Source: Chrysomallon squamiferum
Lineage: Eukaryota > Animalia > Mollusca
Reading direction: 5' to 3'
Assembly: GCA_012295275.1 (NCBI GenBank)
Contig: CM022675.1
Coordinates: 17,050,001 to 17,114,000, forward strand
DNA length: 64,000 nt
Positions 1 to 10,700 of the stretch are shown one piece after another. The translations under genes and the position numbers were made by a program. Each line of letters begins with the position of its first letter. Within the stretch, counting starts at the first letter, position 1. Below the pieces are notes generated by a model. It did no database searches. It was not told the DNA's origin and worked only from the letters and a program-made list of their open reading frames with translations.

Positions 1-2712
1 TGTCCAGGATCTGAGAAGCTCTGTCGGTGGATTCCAAAGACAGCAGCCACTCCATACACGACGGTCTGGGATCCACGCGGGTGTTGTTGCAAAAGCCGGT
101 CAAAGAGTCGTTGGTCAGTGGTGTGATGTGCGTGATGTTGAAACGCACTTTATTCTGCACCTCGAAGCACATGACGTCTTTCATCATCATGATATTTTCC
201 ACAATTTCCACAGCGCCTACTTTGTACGCTAGTGCCAAAACGTTGATATCGGCCGTGTTGTAAATGTCTATTACTAGACTGCTGACTGCTTGGCGTTTGT
301 ATCTGATATGAACATCACTGTCGTCTGGATACTGCAAGACGTTCTTTATGCACCACCATCTTACTGCCTCTTCTATGATGAGATCAAACATCTTCACATG
401 TTGTTTAGTTTGAAGTGGATCGACTGTTGAAGCTTGAGTTAATCTATGCAGAACAGAGTCACCGTTTTCATCTGTGAGACCCAAATTAGCGCCATACAGA
501 ATGAGACGTTTTACGCCTTCGAAAAATCCCTGGCAAGCAGCAAGATGGATGACTCCTTCTTTCTGGTTGTTCTGTTCATTGATGTCCGCGTCACGCTTCA
601 TCGTCTCATAAATGTCCAGCATCATGTTTAGTACTTCCGGTTCACCTCGCCTCACAGATGCATGCAATGGCGTGTTGCCATGTTTACCTTTATCTTTGAA
701 TCGGACAAATCTGAATTCCCATAAGACGTCTGGTTTGGCGAATTTTGCTGCAAGATGTAGCGGATTATTTCCTTCCTTGTCTACTACATTTAAGCTTTCG
801 TAAGCATGCGACTTGATGACGTAATCAAATATTTCTTTTACAGTTTTTGGATCAATAAATTTTGAACAAGCGGCCACATGTAATACGGTCTGTCCTAAAT
901 CATTTTTAATATTCGCTTTGGCTTTCTTTTCTAGAAGAGCTAGAATTGTTTCACCGTGTCCTTTAATTGTACTGATATGTAGTGGAGTGTTTCCTCTCTT
1001 ATTCTGAATATCCACGCTCAATTTGTCACTGAATTTCCTAATAATTTCGTGCATGTTGTCCATGGATGCATAATGCATAAAATTATTTCCTTCTTCATCT
1101 TGAGCTGCTGGGTCTAATTTCAGCTGAATAAGCATTTCTATTTTACTACAGTGCCCACCAGCAGCAGCCTGAAACAGTGGAGATTTCTGTTTACGCAGTC
1201 GCAACACTTGCTTGTTTTCGTCAAGAACCATAGCACCAGTCTCCATGAGAGCTTCTATCAAAACCTTAATGATATTGTCGTTGTCGTTGTCAACAGCAAA
1301 GATCCATACATCCTCCCCTTCGTGATTTTTATGATTTGTGTTGGCACCGCATTTAACCAGAGTGTGCAGAACAAACGGATGTCCAAATTTTGCAGCCAGA
1401 ATTAATGCGGTGTCTCCTCTCTCGTCTGCTTCGTCAATTCTGGCTCCATTTGAAAGAAGTGTCTGGATGACATCATTATATCCCTCCCTTGCAGCATGAT
1501 GAATGGGGCGTTCTCCGCCTCTTATACAGAAATTAACGTCAGCTCCATTCTGAAGTAAAATTGTCACAATATCATTCATTCCATAAGCACAAGCCACAAT
1601 TATTGGCGCCACAAGGCCTAGCTTTCTTGTTTTGTTAACATCTGCTTTTCCCATTCCAGCCAAAAGCGCTACCGTTTCAGTGAAGCCATATCTCACAGCC
1701 CAATACAGAGCGGTTGAACCTTTGTCATTTTCAAGGTCTGTCAGCGCTTTACGATTTATTAACATTTTGACCGTGGTCACGTGACCCCAGCGAGCTGCCC
1801 ACAATAAAGCCGTGTCTTTCTTGGCATTGATATGATTCACATCAACGCCGAAATCCAAAAATAATTCGGCCATTTCCGTAAATCCATGGAAGGCGGCTAA
1901 ATGTACGCACGGAAACGTCCTTGGTCTCTGACCTGAGATGGTAACGGGCGTTTCTTGTAGAAGTAATTTCATTAAGTCGTCTCTGCTCGAAATATTAGCT
2001 ATAAATAATTTTGCCATTTCTAAGTCATTATTCTCGGTTATTCTATGCAGGGCGTTCTTTTTCCCATGTATATCACCTAGGAACACCTCGTACTCCTGAG
2101 CTAATAAATTGACGTGTTGTGACTGAATTAACATTTTAACAATCTCACGTCTGTTGTTCTCGAGAGCATAATGCAGTAGATTCTGATGAGTTTTCGGCTG
2201 CAAATACATACTGTTAGCTAATGAGGTGTTAGAAGGGAGACTGTCTAGCTTCACTTGCAACTCTTCAGGCGATCCCTTACAAACGAGGTCGAATAGGTAG
2301 TTGCTCAAACTCACTGAAACGGCATTTACTTCCTTTGCTCTGTCAGCCTGGTGCACGGATATATCACTATGGGAGACTTTTCGAGGCACACCAGGAGCCT
2401 CTGATATGTAAGAAAGTCTACGACCTGGAGAAGTGAATGGAACTTCCACTCTTTGCTGGAAAATAATTTTAAAAATGTTAGTGTTCATTCGCTCAGCCTG
2501 TATTCACTCGGCAGCAACATTATCAAAAGTAACTTATTTTGATTAAAACCATATCACAAAATATATTAGCTTTTTACAATTCAGTCTAAGTATGAGAATT
2601 TACATCATAGTCGAGGCCACCAGTCCAAAAAAAGAAAGAAAAACGTCATTCTATTCCAGAAGAGATAAAATTGAGGTAACATATTTGTTTCATAGCTTGT
2701 TACTTTGTCTCT

Positions 2713-2743
<31 letters not shown>

Positions 2744-3022
2744 TTCATTAATATATTTTTCCGTTTCTTTGTTTGTTTGTTTTATTTGTTTGTTTATTTA
2801 TTCACTTGATCAGTCAAGTCAGTGATCTCCCTATTTATATAATCACTTCCTTTTTTCAAGTTTTATATTTATTCTTAACGTTGTACTACTTAATGACGTC
2901 ATCTTATTAAAACAAACCTGTCGAATCTCTCGCAGACGAACAAAGTCGCCATCTTCTGATGCTTCACCGGGAATGATCGACATCGACGATGCCCGTCTTC
3001 GTATATGCGGAAGTCCAGGCAT
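1..3022 (-). CDS. Multi-ankyrin protein, probably a TRP (TRPV-like) cation channel, N-terminal part; 3' truncated by the window edge
   Basis: Coding exon 3022-2918 (MPGLPHIRRRASSMSIIPGEASEDGDFVRLREIRQ, donor CAG|GTTTGT). Acceptor ttccag, then a stop-free frame 2455->1 translated by hand, with about 18 ankyrin repeats (e.g. KDTALLWAARWGH, GSTALYWAVRYG, GERPIHHAAREG, GNTPLHIS, GNNPLHLAAK, GDSVLHRL). It continues EEAVRWWC...NVLALAYKVGAVEIVENIM...FNITHITP...SCMEWLL...ASQILD, which resembles the last ankyrin and linker of TRPV channels. Absent from the ORF track, presumably because it has no stop in the window. Transmembrane segments are not visible. Confidence 0.85.
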
Positions 3023-3053
3023 TTTTATCTGCGCAAATAATTGCAAATAATAA

Positions 3054-3055
<2 letters not shown>

Positions 3056-3092
<37 letters not shown>

Positions 3093-3179
3093 TTTAAAAA
3101 ATACGGAGCCTTCATCTGAACGAGACATTCATATTTTAATAGTTAATAATAGATATAGAGATGCTTCCGTCCATCCATA

Positions 3180-3224
<45 letters not shown>

Positions 3225-3300
3225 ATACATACACATACATACATACATACATATATACATATATACATATACATATACATACATATATGCATACATGCAC
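3056..3300. repeat. Compound microsatellite (TA)n, (CA)n, (TACA)n
   Basis: Directly visible simple repeats; source of the spurious HT/CV-rich ORFs. Confidence 0.95.
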
Positions 3301-3673
3301 ATATCTGGAAATGAAGTTCACTTTTAATGGCACATTAAGAAAAGGAATTAAGCAGCCTCATTCACTATTGTTAGGTACACCTTAAAGCTCATTAAAACTC
3401 TCTAATTAAAACAACTCGAAAACCCGTTTTAATTAACTGAATTTAAATGAAGTAGTTAATTAAAGGGCTCAGTTTGGTACAGTAGCCAACTGGCAGCCAA
3501 AGAAGTTTAACTGAATCCTGTTAATTAATGTTTTAATTTCTATGATTATAAATGCAGTATTTCTATATGGAAGACGTTTTTTTTTGTTGTTTTTTTTGTT
3601 TTTTTTTTTTTTTTTTTTTTTTTTGATGTTATGGTAGAAATTTGTTTTACTAAGGTTTTCTGTATTTTGGGAT

Positions 3674-3704
<31 letters not shown>

Positions 3705-4310
3705 TTCATTTTATATCTGACTGTTTATATGCAACATATTTCCATCATAAACAGAAAAAAAAATTAATGTTTGAAAGATTATGAAAAACTGTATTATTAT
3801 TATGATTATTATTATTATTATTATTATTATTAGCTATTGTTTACTATAGTACGTGAGTGTTATTATACCGTTCTGAATCTAAATACAGTCAGTGCTAGTT
3901 TTGACATTCTTTTTAAAGAATACTTGGGTCTGTTAATGAAGATTAATATATTATTGATATTATCGACTGGTTTGGGCTAACGGAAGACGTTAATATAACA
4001 GTAAATATTGATTGATTGGCTATATGACTATGCTATGAATAAGTTCTATTATTTGAGTGTAAATAAACTTTGTGAATTTGTTGAATGACCGAAGGCCGTT
4101 TCCATGAGGTTATTTTCAAAAGAAGTACTTAAAATATCTCGTTACAACCTATAATTTCTGCTAATCTTATTATCATAATATTAATACTTTATTCGATTAT
4201 CCACATCAAGAGCTAGACAAGATATATATTCTTTCTTTTTCATTCTTTCTTTTTTGTGTTAGGTATCGGGGGCGGTCTGTTTGTTTGCGACGTCTCCAGC
4301 TATTCTTATG

Positions 4311-4415
4311 ACACACACCCACACACACACACATATACATACACACATAATACATACATACATATACATATATACAAACATACATATATACATCATACAT
4401 GGATACATACACACT
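4311..4415. repeat. (CA)/(TACA) microsatellite
   Basis: Directly visible. Confidence 0.9.
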
Positions 4416-4752
4416 CAAGCAAAGAAATTTCAGTTAATACAAACTATAAAATTAAGGTTATATTATACATAACTTTCCACGTTGCTTGACAGGCTCAAAC
4501 AGAAAGTATATTTATATACTGATCGTTTTTTAAGATTGCTTAGTTTACATGAATTACCTGTTTGCTAAACTGAAACATACATAAAAAAAAAAAAACGACA
4601 AACAAACAAAAAAAAACAGAGTACACGATTTAACCTTTATCATCTATGTACACAAAATAATATATTGTTTCCTATCACAATATACAGACAGATTTTTACC
4701 AAATTCAGAACTGAAAGTCATTTAATTAACCAGTAATTTGAAAACATCTCAC

Positions 4753-4813
4753 CTTATGTTGTAGTAACTAATAAATGACTATTGTTTTTTTTTATCTTCT
4801 GCATGTTGTCCAT
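4753..4813 (-). other. Candidate upstream 5'UTR exon of the ankyrin/TRP gene, carrying a short uORF
   Basis: Donor AAG|GTGAGA at 4753/4752. The ATG exon has an acceptor (gcgcag, 3031-3029) only 6 nt upstream of the ATG, so an upstream exon is expected. uORF MDNMQKIKKNNSHLLVTTT* ends just before the donor. Confidence 0.35.
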
Positions 4814-6399
4814 ATGACTGAAATATTACTGTTTACGTCGCTGTTTAACTGAATAGAATAAAAACAGGCCGAAAAGAAACAAAACTTCTAACTTATGTAT
4901 TTGCAATGAACCTAAGGGAGATAATCTTATATATATTTTATTCATATGTGTTTCGGTTGATGGCGTTCTGGGACTTGGTTGTTAAAGAAGTAACCAGCTT
5001 GTTTATGGGTAACCCAGCAAAACAGTTTCTAGATACTTAAATACCGTGAGGTGGATATTTAATATTAATCAATGGTCTTTCTTTTGACCTCTCTTAGTTC
5101 GGCTTATTGGCAGCCCACTTTATATAGGATCGATAGAGAATGTGTGTAAACTGCATGATTATGTTAAATCCTGAAAGACCTGTATATTCCGTCTTTATGA
5201 ATGGTGAAACAACAACGGTTACAGTTGCATAATAAATATAAAGTCATCAATAAAATAATTTAATCAATGGTGTGCTTACAGGGTGCCTGTTTGAGAGATG
5301 GCCAACATTAACTAACAAATGATAAACTATTACTGTTTGAACTGCATCTTCGTTGGTGAGAATAAAGAACTTTGGTTTCTTTTTTGGACATGCTTTATTA
5401 ATAATAACGTATGACAATAAATCAGTAAGCTTGTTATTTATTTACTGTAGTTTTCATTGTAGATTTTTCTTCTCATTTCTGTTTGTTATTGAGGTAACTT
5501 TTCTTAGGCTGAGACTGCGCAAGAGTCACCAAGGGGTATTTAATCAAATGTAATATTTGAAAATATGTGGACACATTGTTAACAATTAACTTTAAAAGAT
5601 ATTTAAATATAATTATTAGTACAGATATATTACAAAGATTTGCTTTCACAAATCAGGATGCGTAAATAATAACTGAATGGGAAATTATAATAATATATAC
5701 ACTAAGAATACTATTTTGCTCTCGCCGTATTCAATTTGAATTCAAAAGTCGGAATGATATAATAAAGGCATCTTTTGTTTATACAAACACTGGGTGGAGA
5801 GGTATTGGGCGGGTAACATATTTGTTTTATTTCATTTATTTATTTATTATTATTTTCATCTATCATATTAAAACATTTTTTCGTTAAAATATTTATTATT
5901 AATCTTTCACTCGTTTTAAATCTGATACTGATAGTTTACATCGAACTTTCTAATCTGCATATTTTAACTTACTTTGAGTTTTTAACATAACTTATAGATG
6001 CCAGAATTAAATATATCTCTTCCATGAAGACTGTGATTAATAAACTTTTCCTGCTTCAACTATTGCAGTTCTGTATAGACCGCTTCTGGGTTTTTTTGCC
6101 ACATTTCGAAAAACCTTTTATATGTTTGTGTTTTTAATCTACCGAAGTTCGAACCCGTCCATGAGTATACGATACCTCCGAAAGATGTCTCAGCGAGCCT
6201 GTCTGTTTGTTTAAACTGGCCACGAGAGCATTCATATTGTGTTCTCTCTTTTAGCTTAGAATTATCTAGATAGATAACATTTTGTGTGTGTCTGTGTGTG
6301 TGTGTGTGTGTTTGTGCGTGTGTGTGTGTGTGCATTAACAATGGCGCCGCTATAATAATAACCACGACGAAACAAGCTCAGTCTGCTGTCCAATGAATT

Positions 6400-6605
6400 T
6401 GCATTGAGCTGCTGTTAGGTGCCTTCCTGAAAAGTAGTTAGGCCCAACTCATTTGCCTTCGGCAATGTCCATATTAGTCTAGACTCTAGCCTTTGTCCAG
6501 TTGAGCTTAGGAATCCCTACCAGGAGCTGTAACTCCTTCTGGTACAGCTCTCTGGTATAGAAATGCAGGCTACCTGACCACGTCAAGGAAGGGTCCATGA
6601 GGTAG
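6400..6605 (+). mobile_element. Degenerate RTE-type LINE 5' fragment
   Basis: ccctaccaggagctgtaactcc...agctctc...ccacgtcaagg...tccatgagg resembles the 5' region of RTE-clade elements as I recall it; GC-richer than flanks. Confidence 0.35.
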
Positions 6606-6929
6606 TCTTGGAGAGTTCAATAGTGTGATTTAAAGTACATTAATCCACATTGTGAATTTTAAGTAAATTTTATTGTGCATATTATTCTACACTGTTAATA
6701 TTAATATCTGTATTTTTTCTAACACCCTTCGAAAAATACGGATTATTTTTCTTTTCCGGACAACGTTATTTCCTTTTAGTCCGTTAATCAGAGGATCGAC
6801 TGTACTTCAGCCATTGATTAAACTAATGTTGAGTACTGCATAGAATGGAAAACAGGCCGCTGAATGCACTAGGATGTGACAAAAAAATTGGTTAATTATT
6901 TACTTTTTGAATGCTTTAGTTCAATGACG

Positions 6930-7088
6930 TTCACGCGGTTGTGCGTATTATATGCGCATTAGACTGGTTTCAGGTCCGAAAGAACTCTGACCTTCTGTGA
7001 GGCTGCGCAGTAATCGAACAGAATCCGGTTAAAACAAAATGGCTGTGCTTTATCGAAAAGAACAAAGAGTTATGAACATTTCAGCGTT
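6930..7088 (+). promoter_or_regulatory. Probable SMARCE1 promoter and non-coding first exon
   Basis: Local CpG enrichment (tgacgttcacgcgg, tgcgca), YY1-like CAAAATGGC at about 7035-7043, candidate donor TT|GTATGT at 7088/7089, upstream of the acceptor at 7697. Confidence 0.45.
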
Positions 7089-7273
7089 GTATGTCTTTAT
7101 GTTTTAAATTTTTTTCTTTTCCAGTCGTAATCCACATATTTTTGTTACCTCTTTATAAACTAAAGCTATCACTGGCTGAGTGATGTTTAAAAATCTCCAA
7201 TTAGCTTCGGAAGTTTTAAAATTAAAACTGAATCAAATGCTGTTACAGTTATTATCATAATTCTGCAGACTGC

Positions 7274-7520
7274 TGTGACAGCATTTGAGCTTTGTATTTT
7301 AATAGCTGCAGTGATATTAAACCAGTAATCAGGTTAAAATTTCTTAAATAAATTGCAGTCATATTAAACCAGTAATCACTACTCTGAAGAATGTCACTCC
7401 CAAATTTTAAGAGCTTAGCACAGACCTTACCTGTGTCCTGTGACAGCATTTGAGCTTTGTAATTTAATAGCTGCAGTGATATTAAACCAGTAATCATGTT
7501 AAAATTTCTTAAATAAATTA
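7274..7520 (+). repeat. About 80-bp direct repeat flanking a duplicated copy of the SMARCE1 start exon
   Basis: 7274-7354 matches 7438-7520; 7376-7441 matches 7708-7773. Confidence 0.9.
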
Positions 7521-7722
7521 TCAGAATTTGATTTTGAGCAGCTGGTCTAGAAACAAGATTCAGCTAATTTATATATCATTCGAATCATTCAGTCATTGTA
7601 TCAATGTTACAATGTATGTGATGTATTTTTACAAATCCAAATGCAGTTTTAAATTCAAAATCAGTTTATTACGGTTAACCTATTTCAAACATTCCAGCTA
7701 ACTGTCTTCACTACCCTGAAGA

Positions 7723-10700
7723 ATGTCACTCCCAAATTTTAAGAGCTTAGCACAGACCTCACCTGTGGCCTGTAAGTATAATGTGAAATTTTACTTATAT
7801 TTATCTTTCTGAAAAGAAAAAAATTCCCATGTTCTCTGCAGTATCATGAACTGGTATCTGGCTGATTATTCTCCTTCAAATATTTGCATTGTTGTTGTTC
7901 ATAAACATGGAAATGTCAAAAGGTATGTCTTGGAGAACAGTATTAGAATAGAAGTTTCATATGAATCTTCTGCCCATTGTGAATTGGTACCCAGTATTTC
8001 TTGTGTATGTAGGGAAGCAATGACATGTTTGGATAAATTCTGATGTGCAGATTTAGGTGACAAGTGACAACATAATTCAGTGATAGTCTTTGTTTGACTG
8101 TGAACACAGTTGATGAAAATATAAAGCATGTATCCATACAAAATCTGGCCCACTGCAAGCATTTTGGAATAATTTCCTTGAAGATTCTGTCTAGCTATGT
8201 CTGGTTAGGTGATAGGTTTGATGATACAGTGTTTCTTCTTGCTCATTCACTGAAAAAAGGAAAATAATAATTGAAAAAAAAAGAAACAATGAGCTTTAAA
8301 TGAGTTGAAATTAAGTTAAAAAAACATTAACAGAAAGAATCAGTAACTGGGCAAAATGAAGTCTTGATCATTTGAAAAACGAATAATTATGAACAACATT
8401 TGGTGACATAACCTGTAAAAATTACACAACACGATAGAACAGCATGTGCTTGTTTGATTTGTAAACAGATAACCTAGATGGCCATTTTAAAAAATCCATG
8501 TCATTGAAGACTTGAGACAGTTATGGATGAAAAATACTGTTACAACATTAGGGACATCTTTTTCCATCATTCATAAATACACAAGTAATTTGAGAAGCAT
8601 AAGTCAATTTAATCCATCCTCGTAATTTTGAGGTGCCATAACATTTTGTTGATCTGACAACTAACTAACCTTGTTTGAAACAGGCAAAATAACAGTTGTT
8701 ACTCATCTTTATGGAATTTCAAAGATGAAAAACAATGTAATATGTCAACCTATCTTTCACTCATGTTCTACTTGAGTGATTCAAATATGTTGAAAATCAT
8801 GAATTTAAAAAAAATCAGCATTGATACAAAATTTTATAAAAAATCTGCATATATACAGAAAAACTGCTGGAATCCTCCAAGAATAACATAACATGAACCA
8901 CTGTAAAATTAGCAACGGTGCACATCCTCATTAACATTCAACTGTACCATGTACAAGATTTAGAATTAATTTATTTACTATTTCTTGCAGCAAGATCACG
9001 TCCTGGAAGTTCAAAAGATTCAGATAAGGTTTGTGTTCCTTTTATTTATTAGTGAAACAAAACATATTCTTATAAAAAGATAACCATTTTCCATCACTAG
9101 AAACAAATAAAAGTAAAGAACACTGTTTATATACACATATAATTACCTATTCTCAGAAGTTGGGAAAGGGAGATGTTGGTATTTTATTTTTATCTAAAGT
9201 ATTAATTTGAAAAATAAGTGTTGCACCTATCATTATTAGATATATGACTTCTTGGTTTTCATGTTGTTTTTGTAGATTATGTCAGAAACAAACAGAAAAC
9301 AGAATGTTTCAGATGTTATTGACAACACTAGTGTTTTATTAATAAATGTTCTCAAATTGATGTAAAAAACAGAAAGACTACATGTATTAAATCCATATAT
9401 GCTTATCAATTACTCTAAAACTAACTTGATTGATAATCGTCAGAAACAGCTGAAAACTCAGGCTGCTGATTTAACAAAGTGTCAGTAAAGTAATTTTGAA
9501 CATACAAACTATCTGTTTGGTTATTTTTATAAATAATATACTTTTCCTATGACCTTGACAATAAAAGTTTGTTCTATTTTCCAACACTGGAATCATACTT
9601 CAGATCTTTTGAGTTCACCTTTTGAGAATGGGTTATGTGCATATGTGTTAATTGTTGTTACTTGGAAGATGTTTATAAGAATCTTTATTATGGTGCTTTA
9701 TAGGTGCATTGTTTGCCAAACACTAGCCACAGAATCATATTGTAATTAAATGACAGGAATCCATAATTCATGTTTGACATACTTTAGACATAGCTACATA
9801 TGTTCACTTTGGTCTGCTAAAATGAATATCTTGTTGAGATGGTTTTATGTTTATATGCATATTTTGTTATAAATTAAAATTGTTTAATGTGATCAGTTGC
9901 CAGTATATGTCAATTTGATATTTTTTAACAGTTTGTTGTCAACTAATATGTCTGAATTTTACACTACAGTCCAGTGGTCCATTCATCCAATCAGCTCATG
10001 GACATCCAGCTTTTGTTCCAACCAAAGTTGGCTCAAAATCGGCACCTGTGAGTAAAACAGTTTACATTAGTTTTATTTAGTTTGTTTCAGTTTTTCTTAC
10101 CTTTTTAGATGGATTGTTTAATATAAACATAATTTACTTTTTTCATCTTTTGTACTTCACGTTCTTTGTAGATTAATTTTTGTTGTTCTTTTATAAGTAA
10201 CTTGAATCCACAGTTGTAATTAAATGCAGCAAAGTGCAAATATACTGAGGTGTGTTTGTACAGAAAGTTGCCTTTTGGTGTTGAACATTTGTGTAACTAT
10301 TACAAACAATTTAAGTTGTTGACATTTAATTTAAATATTTTACTGTTAAACAAATTCAAAGTCTTGCATATATTTGAATTTTAACTCATTTGTTTACAGA
10401 ATTCTTTCTAATAAGCCTTTTCAGAAATAGTAATTTTAGGTAAATATTATTCATGTATTTTTTAAACTAACTTTTCTAAAGCAAAGGTAGGTAATACTAT
10501 GGATATTCTACAGTTCATTTTTAAAGTACTTTACAGCATTCAAAGGCTACTGATTTTAAAAATGCACAAAATAATAAAAAAAAAAAAAATTAAAACCTAC
10601 CCAAAATAATCCTTTAACTGCAGAAATTCTAATACAAATTTAAAAAAAAAAAATGTATATAAATAATAATAAATAAAACATTAGTTTAAAATAATTATTT

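Noticed and set aside
27-1405. Plus-strand ORFs 27-263, 446-631, 612-803, 1151-1405
   Set aside because: Antisense shadows of the ankyrin exon
3136-4489. HT/CV/YI-rich ORFs
   Set aside because: Translations of microsatellites
6140-6160. GTTCGAACCC B-box/T-loop-like motif suggesting a tRNA or SINE
   Set aside because: No cloverleaf or convincing A box on either strand
6775-6804. Pogo-like TIR end (gaggatcgactgta)
   Set aside because: No matching left end found; too short to call
7039-7088. ATG at 7039 as the SMARCE1 start
   Set aside because: Splicing to 7698 gives an immediate stop (TTC TAA); MSLPNFK at 7723 fits the family N-terminus
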